Shown here one piece after another: positions 20,191 to 35,960 of a stretch of DNA of 64,000 nt (positions within the stretch are counted from its first letter, which is position 1; each line of letters begins with the position of its first letter). Location of the stretch: NCBI RefSeq assembly GCF_009914755.1, contig NC_060929.1. One strand, 5' to 3'. Under the pieces are notes generated by a model. The model worked only from the letters and a program-made list of their open reading frames with translations, did not search any database and had not been told where the DNA came from. The DNA is from the human T2T-CHM13v2.0 reference genome, Homo sapiens. The translations under genes were made by a program, and so were the position numbers.

Positions 20191-20217
20191 TTTTTCAGAC
20201 AACTCTTGCTAGCAACC

Positions 20218-22338
20218 ACCACAAGTTAGGTTTTCTAGAAGTAGATGCTGAGATAGAGTTTGGGGTATAAGATGTTTAGAAGGGATAAATACCTGTGAAG
20301 GAAGGGTTGAGAGACCAAATGAGGCAGAAGTTGAACTGTGATGCAGGCCTGACAAAGGCTTGGTCAACATGGTAAAGATCTCTGGAGCAAATATTACCAG
20401 TCAGAATGCAGCACTGATATGGTTCGGATTTGTGGTCCCTGCCCAAATCTCATGTCAAATTGTAATCCCCAGTGTTGGAGGGGCCTGGTGGGAGATCACA
20501 GGGGCAGATTTTCCCCTTGCTGTTCTTGTGGTGTTGAGTGAGTTATCACAAGATCTGCTTGTTTAAAAGTGCAAAGTACCCCTGCTTCTCTCTCTTCCTT
20601 CTTCTCCAGCCATGTAAGACATGCCTGCTTCCCCTTCCCCTTCTGTCATGATTGTGAGTTTCCTGAGGCCTCCCCAGGCATGCTTCCTGTACAGCTTGCA
20701 GAGCTGTGGTCAATTAAACCTTTTTTCTTAAAAATTACTCAGTTTCAGCCATTTCTTTATAGCAGTGCGAGAACAGACTAATACAGAAAATTGTTACTGG
20801 GAGTGAGGCATTGCTATAAAGATAACTGAAAATGTGGAAGCAGCTTTGGAACTGGGTAATGGGCAGAGGTTGGAACAGTTTGGAGAGCTCAGAAGAAGAC
20901 AGGAAGATGAGGGAAAGTTTGGAACTTCCTAGAGACTTGCTAAATTGTTGTGACCAAAAGTGCTGATAGTGATATGGACAATGAAGTCCAGGCTGAGGGG
21001 GTCTCAGATGAAGATGAGGAACTTATTGGGAACTGGAGCAAAAGTCACTTTTGTTATGCATTAGCAAAGAGACTGGCAGCATTGTACCCTACCCTAGGGA
21101 TCCATGGAATATTGAACTTGAGAGTGATGATTGAAGGTATCTGGCAAAAGAAATTTCTAAGCAGCAAAGCATTCAGGAAGTAGCCTGGCTGCTTCTAACA
21201 GCATTTGGTCATATGCATGAGCAAAGAGATGATCTGAAACTAGAACTAATATTTAAAAGAAAAACATAGCATAAAAGTTTAGAAAATTTGCAGCCTGACC
21301 ATGTGGTAGAAAAGAAAAACCCACCTTCTGGAGAAAAATTCAAGCCAGCTGCAAAAATTTGCATAAAGAGGAGCTGAATGTTAATAGCCAAGACACTGGG
21401 GAAAATGCCTCAAAGGTATTTCAGAGACCTTCCTGGCAGCCCCTACCATCACAGGCCCAGAGGCCTAGGAGGGAAGAATGGTTTTGTGGACTGAGTCCAG
21501 GGCCCTGCTGCCCTGAGTTAGGGTCCTAACCTCAGGACACTGCTCCCTGCATCCCAGTTGCTCCAGCTCCAGCTATGGCTAAAAGGGTCCCAAATATGTC
21601 TCAGGCCACTGTTCCAGAGGATGCAAACTATCAGCTTTGGCTGCTTCCACATGGTGTTAAACCTGCAGGTGTGCAGAGGGCAAGAGTTGAGGTTTGTGAG
21701 CCTCCACCTAGATTTCAGAGGATGTATGGAAATGCATGTCCAGGCAGAAGTCTGCTGCAGGAGCAAAGCTCTCATGGAGAACCTCTACTAGGGCAATGTG
21801 CAGGGGAAATGTGTGGTTGGAGACCCCACTCAGAGTCCCCACTGGAGCACTGCCTAGTGGAACTGCAAGAAGAGGGTCACCGTCCTCCAGACCCCAGAAT
21901 TGTAGATCCGTGAGAAGCTTTCTCTGTGCACCTGGAAAAGCTACAGGGACTCAACACCAGCCATGATTGTGAGTTTCCTGGGGCTTCCCAAGCCATGCTT
22001 CCTTTATAGTCTGTGAAGCTGTGAGTCAATTAAACCCCTTTTCTTATAAGTAAACTGGTTTCTGGTATTTCTTTACAGCAGTATGAAAACAAACTAATAC
22101 AGGGACCTCCCCCATTAGGGTGAAATGGCCAGGACTTTATTCCCCCACCTCAGTCAGTCACCAGACACAGGCTGGCTTGGAAAAGATATGACCTTCGACA
22201 ATGCAGTTCACTGCAGCTCAAGCAAATCCCAAAGAAGCTGACAGCTGGAGGTTTCTGTTGACTGCACTCCACCAGCTAGAAAGCAAATCCTTCCTGAAAG
22301 GTAGATTTTGGCAATGTATATCCATGTCCACCACCACA
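20218..22338 (-). mobile_element. LTR33-like 5' LTR split by MSTA (about 20218-20414 and 22102-22338)
   Basis: gatgctgagatagagttt..., gatgcaggcctgacaaaggc, gaagctgacagctggagg; directly upstream of the gag start. Confidence 0.68.
20415..22101 (+). mobile_element. MSTA provirus: 5'LTR 20415-20785, internal region, 5'-deleted 3'LTR about 21960-22101
   Basis: tgatatggtt...gactaataca LTR; internal region homologous to THE1-int; second ...aactaataca end. Confidence 0.88.
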
Positions 22339-23616
22339 AGTATTAATTTTTTAAATTTTATTAAAAAATGAAAAGCCTGAGACAAATACTAAACTACACT
22401 GGATGCAAGACAGCATATTGAAATTGTGAATCTTCCAGAAAAACTTGGACATGTGGTCACCATAGTTCTAAATAAACCAATTTCTGGTTCTAGGTCCTCT
22501 ACCCTGTCCCTCACCATGCAGAAGAAGCTGGACTTATGCAAACATGCTTTATATCCTTTCCAGCCTTGCCAGATATATGGGAGGACACCTGACCCAAAAG
22601 AATGTTAAACCAAAAATTGCCAACAAAATACAATGTGTCCTGGGAGTCCTGGGACAAGAATTGAGATCAGCTCATCAATTTCTCTTCCTCAGGAATTTTA
22701 ACCAAGGAAATAACAAAGGAAAGGTGAGGTCAACAAAATGAAGCAGAAGTGAGATGATCTAATGTAGAAATTGAGCAAGAAAACCACGACAGACCATGTT
22801 CAAACAGAAATTACGAGGGAAACAAAACTATGAGTAAGCAGAAGTTAGGAGGAAGATTTAAAAAATTAGAGCAGAGGATCAAGGAGATATTTCTTATCAA
22901 AATAGAAGCAGATGGGCAAAGGCTAAATGAGTCAAATTAAGGGCAGGACACTCCTATTGCTTTGACTGTAGACCCAACTTCCCATTCCTGTTCTTCCAGA
23001 GGCCCAGCTGCTTATTTCTAAGTGTGCATGAATCTTTCACCTCCAAGTATATTGATTCCCTCATCAAAAAGGTTACAAACTAGTGCTTCCCAAGCTTCTG
23101 TTGCAAAGTAATTCTCTGGCATTTGCATTAAAACCAAAGATCTCTGTTCAACCTCTCCATTTTTATTTAGAATAAATTTATGGTGTCATGAGGAAGTTTC
23201 ATCTTGCTAATATTGCCAAATTCTATACTCTTATTTCTCATTCCCAAAACAGAAAATAACTCCAACTCTTTCAAAAGAGCTCATTTAGTGGCAATTCTTC
23301 CTATTTCATCTGTTACGGCTAGTGAGTTCTGCGCTTACTGAAGCATCTCCTGACCCTAGAGACAATTGCAACCATGGCAAGAATACCAACAATGTTATGC
23401 TAGATCCCACGGCAAAAGGGTAACAAAATTGGATTTTATGACTCTTTATCATTGAATCACCCTCAACAACACCAATTCTGGGAAGTTCTGATAATACATT
23501 TCTGACTGCCTGACCTCATAATGTACAATAGATTCCCTTTCTAGTAAAAGGACCCAGCACCAGATTTCCCTATTTGAATTATATTTCTACACTGTCCTTA
23601 CAAAAATATCATTCTC

Positions 23617-23936
<320 letters not shown>

Positions 23937-24876
23937 TCAACTATTTCAGGTCTAAGGAGCCATCTACTGTTTTAAGAACAAACTGCAATTAATGATCATT
24001 TCTCAAACCATAAAAGGCCCAATCAACTAAATTACATTCTCTCTCTCTCTGTCTCTCTTTCTCTGTCTTCCCCTTCCTTGGCCCCCTGCCTTGTTGTGGT
24101 GGTAGTGGTGATGGTGATAATAATGGCTCTTTGTTCTCAAGAAATTATGCTGTGCCAAATTCAAGACAGTGTTTTTATTGTGGTTGTGTACATACGAAAA
24201 ATGCCTTATAGTTGTTTATTGAATTTTGAATTTTTTATACACAAGAGTCATTCCCTGTTGGAAATGAGAAGCAAGTTTTCTCTTTGTTGCTTTTAACTGA
24301 AGAATATATTATAAGCTCTTTCTCTAGATACATTCTGAAACTGTAAAAAACACTTTCAAAATAAAGGTCAGCCATGTCGTCTGTGCAATGTTAATTGCTA
24401 AGTGCTGAACTAGCACTGTAGTCAGTCTTTGAAGTGGAGCCTGGCTGGGTTGACAGCCTAGGGTGGCTGCCCCATGCTTTCAGAGCAACACAGGATGTTG
24501 CTTGGTCTCTTCAGAAAGAGGCTGCCAGGAAATGAAGTTTCACATGAGAAACTTGCTGCTCTAATGCATTTCAGGCTATTCTTTTCCATTTGAAAGCCTA
24601 GGTGCAATGAGTGAAGAAATCTTTTCTTAAAAACTCCAAATAGGTCTTGAAGTACATGCATGTTCACTGAGGTAGTGATTTCCTCTCCTTCTAGTATCTT
24701 GTGCCCATATACAAGAAAAAGAATATGTGTAGTTAGTAAATTTTTAAAAATCATCTCATGTTTATTCCTGATGGAAGATTGAAAAAGCTAAGGAAAGAAG
24801 AGATGCCTTGGGCTCATGTTAAATGCACTCTGGAAGAACAAAATGTAAAACCACTGATTTTCAATTAAAAGATAAT

Positions 24877-25495
24877 GATTCCAGTGGGTGGTTGCAGTTA
24901 AGATGAAGTAAGATGCACCCTGCCTCATTCAATGAAGCAACTAAAAACCCTGCACAGAAGGCAGGGAGCAGTTATCTAGGGACTCTAAAAAGTAAATAAT
25001 AGCAGACTGGTTTGAGAGACAAAACAGAACTCAATGTAAGATCAATCCACTGGTGAGTTTTGTCCTCCTCTCCCGCTATTTTCTGGCCTTAGATTCAAAA
25101 GCATCCCAAAACCCAGAACTCCACAGTAGGTGCAAATAGAAAGAGCTGCAAGAGAAGTCCTCTCATTCTGGTCCAAAAAGCAGAAAAGGGAGCCTTTAAG
25201 GATCAGAGTGAAGAAAATCCCTTGGGGTGTTCTTTTCTGTTCTCTCTTATTGCTGCCCCCAGGCAATCCCCTGGAGCAACAGACATAGAGGCAGTGGCAG
25301 CTGTGCAAGCACCTGAAACTCTAAGGGAAGAGAGCTCTTCTCTCTGGCCAGGACTTGGGTCCCAAAAGCATGGGGGAAATATATGTTGCTTTTTTTTTTT
25401 CCCCCATCTTCCCATGCCTTGGCTGTGGAAGCAGAGACAGTCACAAGAAGTGAACATAGGAGCAGAAAAACTACATAATTTTCCCAGCCACAACC
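24877..25495 (+). mobile_element. Old L1M 5'-end fragment
   Basis: Resembles L1ME/L1MC 5'UTR (aactaaaaaccctg.aca, gactctaaaaagtaaat). Confidence 0.5.
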
Positions 25496-25504
25496 CTACA
25501 CTAC

Positions 25505-25770
25505 TTACGCCTGTAATTTCAGGACTTTGGGAGGCCAAGGCTGGTGGATCACCTGAGGTCAATAGTTGGAGACCAGCCTGGCCAACATGGTGAAACCCCG
25601 TCTCTACTAAAAATACAAAAATTGGTCAGGTGTGGTGGCGTGCACCTGTAATCCCAGCTACTTGGGGAGGTTAAGGCAAGAGAATCACTTGAATCCAGGA
25701 AGTGGAGGTTGCAGTGAGCCGAGATCACGCCACTACACTCCAGCCTGGGCAACAGAGTGAGACGCGAAAG
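25505..25770 (+). mobile_element. AluS
   Basis: Alu body with 5' terminus missing. Confidence 0.88.
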
Positions 25771-25892
25771 AAAGAGAGAGAACAGATTATTGGCGAACAT
25801 GTATGCAACTCCGCCATGTAACTATGTTAACTAATTTTAATGTACTTGATTTAACAGTTTCTAGGGGGAGTGATTATAGATTTGTCCTCTGA

Positions 25893-26225
<333 letters not shown>

Positions 26226-26390
26226 TGCCTTATGTATGTTAAGATTATATTTCTAGGCACATATAGGTTGTGTAATTGCTACATCATCCAGGTAAAATAT
26301 TATTTTTTCATTATATTTTGACCCTTTTTACCTCTGCAAAGTTTGCTCCAGTTTGGATATTTGAAAGGACTCACCAGACTTCCCAGAATA

Positions 26391-26882
26391 CAGATGGCTC
26401 CTGACTTACAATGGTTCAACTTAATATTTTTTTTTACTTTATGGATGGTGTGAAAGTGATACACTTTCAGTAGAAACTGTACTTTGAGTACCCATACTGT
26501 TTCTTACTTTAAATACAGTATTTAATAAGTTACATGAGATTTTTAACACTTTCTTACAAAAAGGCTTCATATTAGATTATTTTGCCCAACTGTAGGTGTT
26601 AGTAAGTTTCTTTCTTTCAATACAGTATTCTGTTTCTTACTTTCAATACAGTGTTTAATGTTACATGAGATTTTTAACACTTTCTTATAAAATAGGCTTC
26701 ATATTAGATTATTTTGCCCAACTGTAGGCATTAGTAAGTGTTCTGAGTACATTTAAGGTAGGCTAGACTAAGCTATGATGTTTGGTAGGTTAGGTATAGT
26801 AAATGCATTTTCAACATAGAATATTTTAAACTTAAAATAGGTTTATTGGGACATAACCCTATCATAAATTGAGGAGCATCTA
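26391..26882 (-). mobile_element. MER47A with an internal tandem duplication
   Basis: Homologous to 8639-9000; ~110-bp unit present twice. Confidence 0.87.
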
Positions 26883-27896
26883 TATATGCCTGTAGGCCTT
26901 TTAAAGACAAAGAACACAGTGTAGCAAGAGAAAGTGATTGCAGGCAAGCTCCTCAGGGCCCAACTTTAACCACCAAGATGTGTGCAAGGAATTTTAGTTT
27001 CAGAAGAACTCAAAGAGAAGTTTTCAGTAGGGGGGCTTTAAGTCCTTCTGGCCACAATCAAACCAGCTTGTCACACCAGTTAAGCCAGCTGGAATTCATT
27101 GGTAAAGAAACTGACCTTGAGAGTCGCTACAGGAGTTTTGGACCTTAAACGACACATCACAAATTCCACTGCCCTTATCTTGACCAAAAGTCAAAAACCA
27201 GACAGCCAATCATCCCCAGAGATAAACATGATGGTTTTCCTTTCCAGCTGTAAATTAATTCTATCTCCACAATCTCTGATACAGATTTTGCCTGAAAGTC
27301 TGTTTGGTGTGAAATTAATATTGCTCTACCACGTTAGTCGTAGTTTGTTTTTTCCAAGTATGCCTTTTTTCATTTCTTCACTCTCAAACTTTCTGTGTCA
27401 TTACAGTTGTGCCTCTTATAAATGGCATATAGCTAGATATCATATAAATCAGTCTCAGTTTCTGTTCTTTAACTGATAAATCCAATCTGTGAATATCACT
27501 ATATTAGAATATTCCTATCAATATTTTTCTGGTTTGTATCCAGCATTGTTGTCTTTGCTCCTTTTTCTTCTTTCTGCCTTATATCACTTTAATAGAGGGT
27601 TTTTTCCTTTGTCTCTCTCCTTGCCATTTTTACACTTTTCTGCTTTAAAAATTGCATATACTCTTTCTATTTAGTTGCTGATATTCCTAAAGTTTACTTA
27701 CATACTTCATTTAACAAAGCATACCATCTATCAAAAACTATAAAGACCTAAGAAATCAAGAGACCTCTCCTCTCACATGTAATTGTTATAGACAATTTGT
27801 ATTTTAGTTCCACTTTATTTTCAAATCCTCCAAAATTAATCATTATTATTGTTATTTAGAGTCAATACTTATTAGTACTAGGTTAGACCATATTAG

Positions 27897-28186
27897 TTTT
27901 TTTCTGAGATGGAGTCTTGCTCTGTTGCCCAAGCTGGAGTGCAGTGGTGCAATCTTGGCTCATTGCAACCTCTGCCACCAGGGTCAAGTGATTCTCCTGC
28001 CTCAGCCTCCCAAGTAGCTGGGACTACAGGAAGCCCCCATCACACCTGGCTAATTTTTGTATTTTTAGTAGAGACAGGGTCTCACCATGCTGACCAAACT
28101 GGTCTCGAACTCCTGACCTCAAGTGATCCATCCTCCTCGGCCTCCCAAAGTGCTGGGATTACAGGCGTAAGCCACTGCGCCTGGCC
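27897..28186 (-). mobile_element. AluSx-like
   Basis: Complete antisense Alu. Confidence 0.9.
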
Positions 28187-28206
28187 TAATTGCTATTTTT
28201 ATATTT

Positions 28207-29743
<1,537 letters not shown>

Positions 29744-30440
29744 TAATATTTACTTTGCATTTTACATCCCACTCCTTCCTTCTGTACTCAGTGCCCCACT
29801 TAAGAGTTATTTTTTGTTAGGGTCAGTGAATGTATTATTTTTTGTTAGAGTCAGTGAGCAGTAAAGCCTTTCAGATTTCATCTAAAAATAGCTTTATTTT
29901 CACTTTATTCTTAGATGATATTTTAGATAGGTTAACAGTTATCTCCCTTCAGTCTTTTGAAGATATTATTTCATTGCTGTCTAGCCTCTACTGTTGCTGA
30001 GTATTGATAGGCTGTCAAATTGCCATTACTTTATAAATAATGTGTCGTTTCTCTCTCATTGCTTTTAAGATTTTTCATTTTGTCATTGGTGTTCTGCAGT
30101 TTCTCTGATACATCAAAGCATGAGTTTATTTTTTATTTTACACAGAATTAGTTGTGTTTATTCAAGAAAAGTTTCATATCTTTCATCAATTTTGAGAAAT
30201 TGTCAGTCATTATTACTTTGAATAATGCTTCTTCCTTATTCTTTCTATCACCTCTTTCTGGATCTTCTCACTCTACGCTCACATTTCTCATTCTTTTTTT
30301 TTCCCCTTCAACCCTAAATGCTATATTCTATTTAGTTTCCTTAGCTGTCTCTGATGCTACATCTAATCTGCTCTTTAATCCAAATTATTGCATTTTTAAT
30401 TTCTATGACTATATATTTTTATTTCTAGAAGATCTAGCTA

Positions 30441-30738
<298 letters not shown>

Positions 30739-30866
30739 AAAGATCTATCTAGTTATTTTTCACAATATTTATTTTCTATTTTTCACAATATTTATTTTCT
30801 TACCCTTTGCTTCAATTTATTTGTATACCAATAATCATATAAAACATGCTTATTTATTTCATGTGG

Positions 30867-31286
30867 TATGTTAGTCCAATTGCATCGCTATAAAGGAATA
30901 CCTGAGACGGGGCAATTTATAAAGAAAGAGGTTTATTTGGCGCACGGTCCTTCAGGCCATACAATAAGCATGGCACCTGCATCTGCTCGGCTTCTGGTGA
31001 GGTCTCAGGAAATTTTTAGCCATGGCAGAAGGAAAAAGGAGCTGGCATGTCACATGGTGGAAGAGGGAGCAAGAGAGAGAGGAGGAGGTGCCAGGCTCTT
31101 TTAAACAACAAGCTCTCACATAAACTAATAGAGTGAGAACTCACTCATTACCATGGGGAGGGCACCAAGCCATTCATGAGGGATCCACCCCCATAAACCA
31201 AACACCTCCCATTAGGCCCCACTTCCAACGTTGGGGATCACATTTCAACATGAGATTTGAAGGGGACAAATATCCAAACTATCTCA
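30867..31286 (-). mobile_element. MSTB-like solo LTR
   Basis: ctataaaggaatacctgagac...atccaaactatctca; 5-bp TSD TGTGG. Confidence 0.88.
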
Positions 31287-33586
31287 TGTGGTTTGTAATT
31301 TTTGACTGAGAATTCAACTATAAACTTTTTAAAATAAAAGCTTTATGTATCTTTCGTAAAAATATTTCCTCAAAAGTGTTTTACAACCATTTCTTCCAGA
31401 TGCTCCAGAGAGTTCACTAATCTAGGATTGTTTTTATATTAATTTGTTGGCTCAGGTCTCCCACACCACATAAGAACTATAAATTCTGACTAAACCTGGG
31501 CATAGTATAGAAATAAGGCTCAGAATTATCACAGGAGTCTTTTTTCTATACAGATCCCGAACCAGATAAAAGCTTTCTTGCAGCTTTATTGAAATACTGG
31601 GCAGCTTTTCTTCTCCCTTTTCCAAGAGAGACTGATATTTCTAAGTCCTTGTTTTATGGAGAGATCTAAGGGTTAGGCCCCAGCTTTGTGAGGTTCTAAC
31701 AACACATCTTCTGTCCAGGAGGGTGTGATAAAATTGTAGCCTCTCATTTCCAAAGCCTGTATTTGGGTCCTCCAACCACATGGGTAGCCAGAGAGACAGC
31801 TCCTGCACTTTTCATTCCAACTATCTTTTCCCTATTCATTTCCTTGGGAATTATATTTATTTGTTTTTAGCTTTGCTATGGATTTAATTTTTTATTGTAG
31901 TTTTTCAAACATTTCTATGTGATTGTAGTGAGTCCATGCTAGTATAATCAGCCAATTTAGTCCTACAGCTGTCTTCCTATCTGCTAGTTTGAATTTTTTA
32001 CAATGTCAAACATCACCTATACCAACCCCTTACATTTATAGGCTCAGCAATTGAAGCTCAAAAAAGTTAAGTGTCTTGCCAAATCATACCAAAATTTAGT
32101 AACAGAAACCAAATAAACCTACACATCTAGGTTTTTTTCCTCATCCTACAAATTTAGTACTTATTGTCATGTAGATTAAAAGACCAAGTTTCTATCCAGA
32201 TGTTTCAAGGTAATATATTGAAGAAGTTGAGCACGTTGGGAAGCTATATTAATTTATACATATCACTAGCATGCCAAGTAACATATTATCTCTGTAGGGC
32301 AACTGACCGCACCTTGAAAATGAAAATAGATAATGAGGCTTGGTTTGTAACCAACTTTTCAATAATTTTGATTTTCTTAACACTAAATATGAGATCCTTT
32401 GTTTAATTTTTTTCAACTTCTATTATCACTTTCAGTTTCTATTTAGTGTGAAAGCTAAGAAGAAAAAAAGACAACCCTTTTTCATCAAGCATAATCATTC
32501 TATGAAATAAAATGCTCTCATAGAATATCATGTTAATTTTGCTTAAACCTACAAATAGGTTTTAGAACATCTGTTCACCATAATTAGGTTGACTGAATAT
32601 CAAAATTACCAAATTTCTTTCCATTCTTTTATTCTATACCCATGAATGTACTAAGGCTTTCAGGACAAAAATGCGAGAGAGGGGTGGTTTTTTGTTGTTG
32701 CTGTTTTTATACTTTACACTTTTATTTTTTTACCCAGACAGAATATATAAAGTCATACATTGGTGGTGACTCTTCATTCATTCATTTGATAACTCTGTAT
32801 TACATTTTCTACTATATATCATTTGTTTTATAATCTGCCAATGTTAGAAATCACTTTCGTCTTTAGTCACAATTAGATGGACACTTCAGACTCTAAGAGC
32901 CGGAAACAGGTATACCATCCCTTTATATCCTCTCCGACACAATGCCAAAAAAATACTCAAATGTTTGCTTGCCCTCTGCTATAGGTAGGACTGCTTACTG
33001 CCAGAGTTCTCTGGGTCCCCAACCTAGAAGAGCTCAACTGGTTATAAAAACAATGAGAGAGATTTGCTTAAAATCTTAGTCAAGCCATGTGGTCACAACC
33101 AGGTAAAGGGCTTCAGGGACACAAGGCATTTTGGCAATGTTAATTTTTGTTAGGTTAGGTTAGGTTAATGTTATGTCTCCTTGGGCAGACATGATGAGTC
33201 TATGTTCTAATCCTATTACAACATTTAGTAAAAGTTTAATGGTTATATCCTATCACAAATTTGTTACCTAATTTGAGGCACTAATGGATAGGGCTCTTTT
33301 ATTTTCTTATTTTTCAATAGATCAAAGTCAAGCCAGTACAACATACAAAAAAAAATGCTAGGATTCAGCAAGATTTATATTTCTCCATTTTAGTGTTGTT
33401 TATCTTCTGGGAAAGGGACACACAAACCTTGGTTTAATAAGTTACAATAATAGGCAAATTAAAAATAATAAACAACAGTCACAGTCTGTTAATTATACCT
33501 GCTTCAGGGAAAACAGTAGAATTATTTCATGAGTGACTAAAAATCTTTAAGCTCTTATGAAGGATTTGACAAAAGATTCTCATAAC

Positions 33587-33703
33587 CAGGGTAATCATAA
33601 TTTATCATCACAACCAGGGGGCTGTGGGAGTGAAGGGAGTTTGTGCTGGGAACACTGGCATAAACTAGGACTATTCTGATCAAACCAGGACATAATCACT
33701 TTA
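33587..33703 (+). mobile_element. MER94-like (hAT-Blackjack) MITE
   Basis: agggtaatcataatttatc...aaaccaggacataatcacttta degenerate TIRs. Confidence 0.6.
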
Positions 33704-34309
33704 CTGTGCATTAAAACAAATAACTGGGGTTACGATAGAGGCCCTGCCCTCACAAAATTCAAAGGCATAGGTCATTAGATGTCACCATGGTGCAATATGG
33801 TAAGTAATAAGATAAAGGAATTGTAGAGAAGGGGCTAAGGACCCAAAAACCCTGTGTTGGGGGTCAGGGGTAATAAAAGAAAACCATGTGTCATCCAATA
33901 GTTCCAGAACCCTGTTTATTATCAGAATCACTTAGGGAACTTATTGGAGAATACAGATTCCTGCCTGCCCCCATCCCCTGCCAGAGTCTCATTTAATGGG
34001 GGAATGGTATCCCAGGGAGAGGAAATAGCATATACAGAGAGTCTGAGGGAAATGAACACCTATCCAATTCTGGGACTTGAAGGCATCAATTATAGTCTCA
34101 AAGCCTCGTTTACTCTTCATATTTATGTCCTAATAGCATACACAACCATAATGTGGATACTCTGGATGTTACTAATATTAACAGGCAAGTGATTAAACGC
34201 TAGACTAGTAGTCAAATGATAATTCTTATTCTGAATTGTCCATAGACTACTGCTTTTATGTTAAGGATTTTATTTTCTTTTCCTTTAAAGCAGGCCTGTT
34301 GACTTACAA

Positions 34310-35875
34310 ATTCCAGTCTGACATGTAAAAAGCTTTGAACTTATCAATCCAGTTCTCATAACAAGAAAAAAGCTGAACAAACTGAAAACTAACAACTCTT
34401 CTTTGATCCGAGAATTGAGCAAACAGGTCAAACTGCTGCTTGGAAAAGAGGAGAGACAGACAGGCATATACAGAGAATCACAGCTTAGCAGGAGCAAAAG
34501 CCTGCAGCTGGAGCCAATATCACCAGGAACACTTTAAACTAAAACTGACAAATTGCTCGAGACTCAACTGTAGACTAGCTTGAGAGTTAAAACTCCAAGG
34601 GAACCCAGGCTTAGGGAGAGCCCAACACATGAGAAGGGGAAAAGTATCCATTTTTAAATATGCCCAGAGCTCTCTGTTCTCCTTAACAAGGTCTACCCTC
34701 AAAGAAAATTTACCAGAGCCTGACTGGGGTTTTACCAGAGCCTAGCCAACCTGGGAGAAGGGAAATAACATCCAGCCCTCTCCAGCCTTTCATGTGAGTT
34801 GGTTTAATGAACCAACTCAGGTTCGTTAAAAGACTGAGGCCTAATCACAGGCCTATAGAATGCCTTCCCCTCACAACCTTACCACCACATTAATAGGGCT
34901 CCTCTATAAAACAGAGGATTACCACTAAAAAACACTGCATGCCTCAGCTTCTGTATAAAGAGTCTCTAGGAAAACCCAAAGACAAGAGGGAACACAAAAA
35001 CAGGGACACCAGAGGAAATTGTAGCCCCTGACACCATAGCCACAGCAAACAATAAATACAGCCTAACTCTGTCTTGCTCTGTTACCCAGGCTGGACTTCA
35101 GTGGCTCAATCATAGCTCACTGCAGCCTCCAACTCCTGGGCTCTCAAGCAAGCCTCCCACTTCAGCTCCCAAGTAGCTGGGACTACAAGTGAGCACCACC
35201 ATGCCTGGCTAATTGTTTTTAATTTTTTGTAAACATGGGGTCTCATTATATTGTCTAGACTGGTCTTGAACTCCTGGCCTCAAGTGATCCTCCCACTGCA
35301 GCCTCCCAAAGCACTGGGAGTACAGGCATGAGCCACTGCACCCAGCCTGTTTTTCTTATTCTTAGTTGATCTAACAGTTAACCGTTTATTCAAAATAATA
35401 GCAGCAACAATGCATTCAATGACTATAGCTTACAGATAAGTGAAATGAATAGCAGCAAAAAAATTATGAAGGACAGTAGAGAGGAATTGGTATACTCTAT
35501 CATAAAGTACTTGCACTATTCATGGAGCAGTACAGTATTATTTGAAAGTGGAATTGGATTAGTTGTAAACATACACCGCAAACTGTAGGGCAACCGCTAA
35601 AAAAAGTATTAAAGAAGTATAATTGATATGCTAAAACAAGAGAGAAAATAAAATCATATAAAATGTTCAATTAAAACCAGAGAAGGCAGAAAAAGAGTGA
35701 AAGGGGGAAAAAAAGAAACAAAGAACAAGGAAATAGAGAACAGTTAAAATGTGGTCAGAGATTAATCCAACTATATCAAAAATCACTTCACATTTGAGTG
35801 GTCTAAATATACTACTTGAAAGAGAGACTGGCAAAGTGGATGGGAAAAGACCCAACTACAGATTGTCTACAGGAG
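34310..35875 (+). mobile_element. L1MC/L1MD 5' and inter-ORF fragments
   Basis: aaaagctgaacaaactgaaaa, ttaccagagcctga; ORF2 start atatcaaaaatcacttcacat. Confidence 0.68.
35066..35348 (-). mobile_element. AluJ
   Basis: catagctcactgcagcctc, J-type. Confidence 0.88.
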
Positions 35876-35930
35876 CAGACCTGTAATAAACAATTAAAGT
35901 AAATCACTTCTCCATCAGTTGATTTCCTAC

Positions 35931-35960
35931 CTGGTTTAAATAATATCTGTTGGTATTCAC
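35931..35960 (-). other. Candidate 30-nt exon (GEYQQILFKP in phase 1)
   Basis: Minus strand ...ttttaatgttagacctttttttcag|GTGAATACCAACAGATATTATTTAAACCAG|gtagga in non-repeat DNA. Confidence 0.45.

Noticed and set aside
22600-23030. Possible ancient LTR fragments (also about 57630-58060)
   Set aside because: Too diverged to assign by eye.
33148-33168. (TTAGG)3 telomere-like run
   Set aside because: Only three units and not the vertebrate TTAGGG; best treated as a simple repeat.
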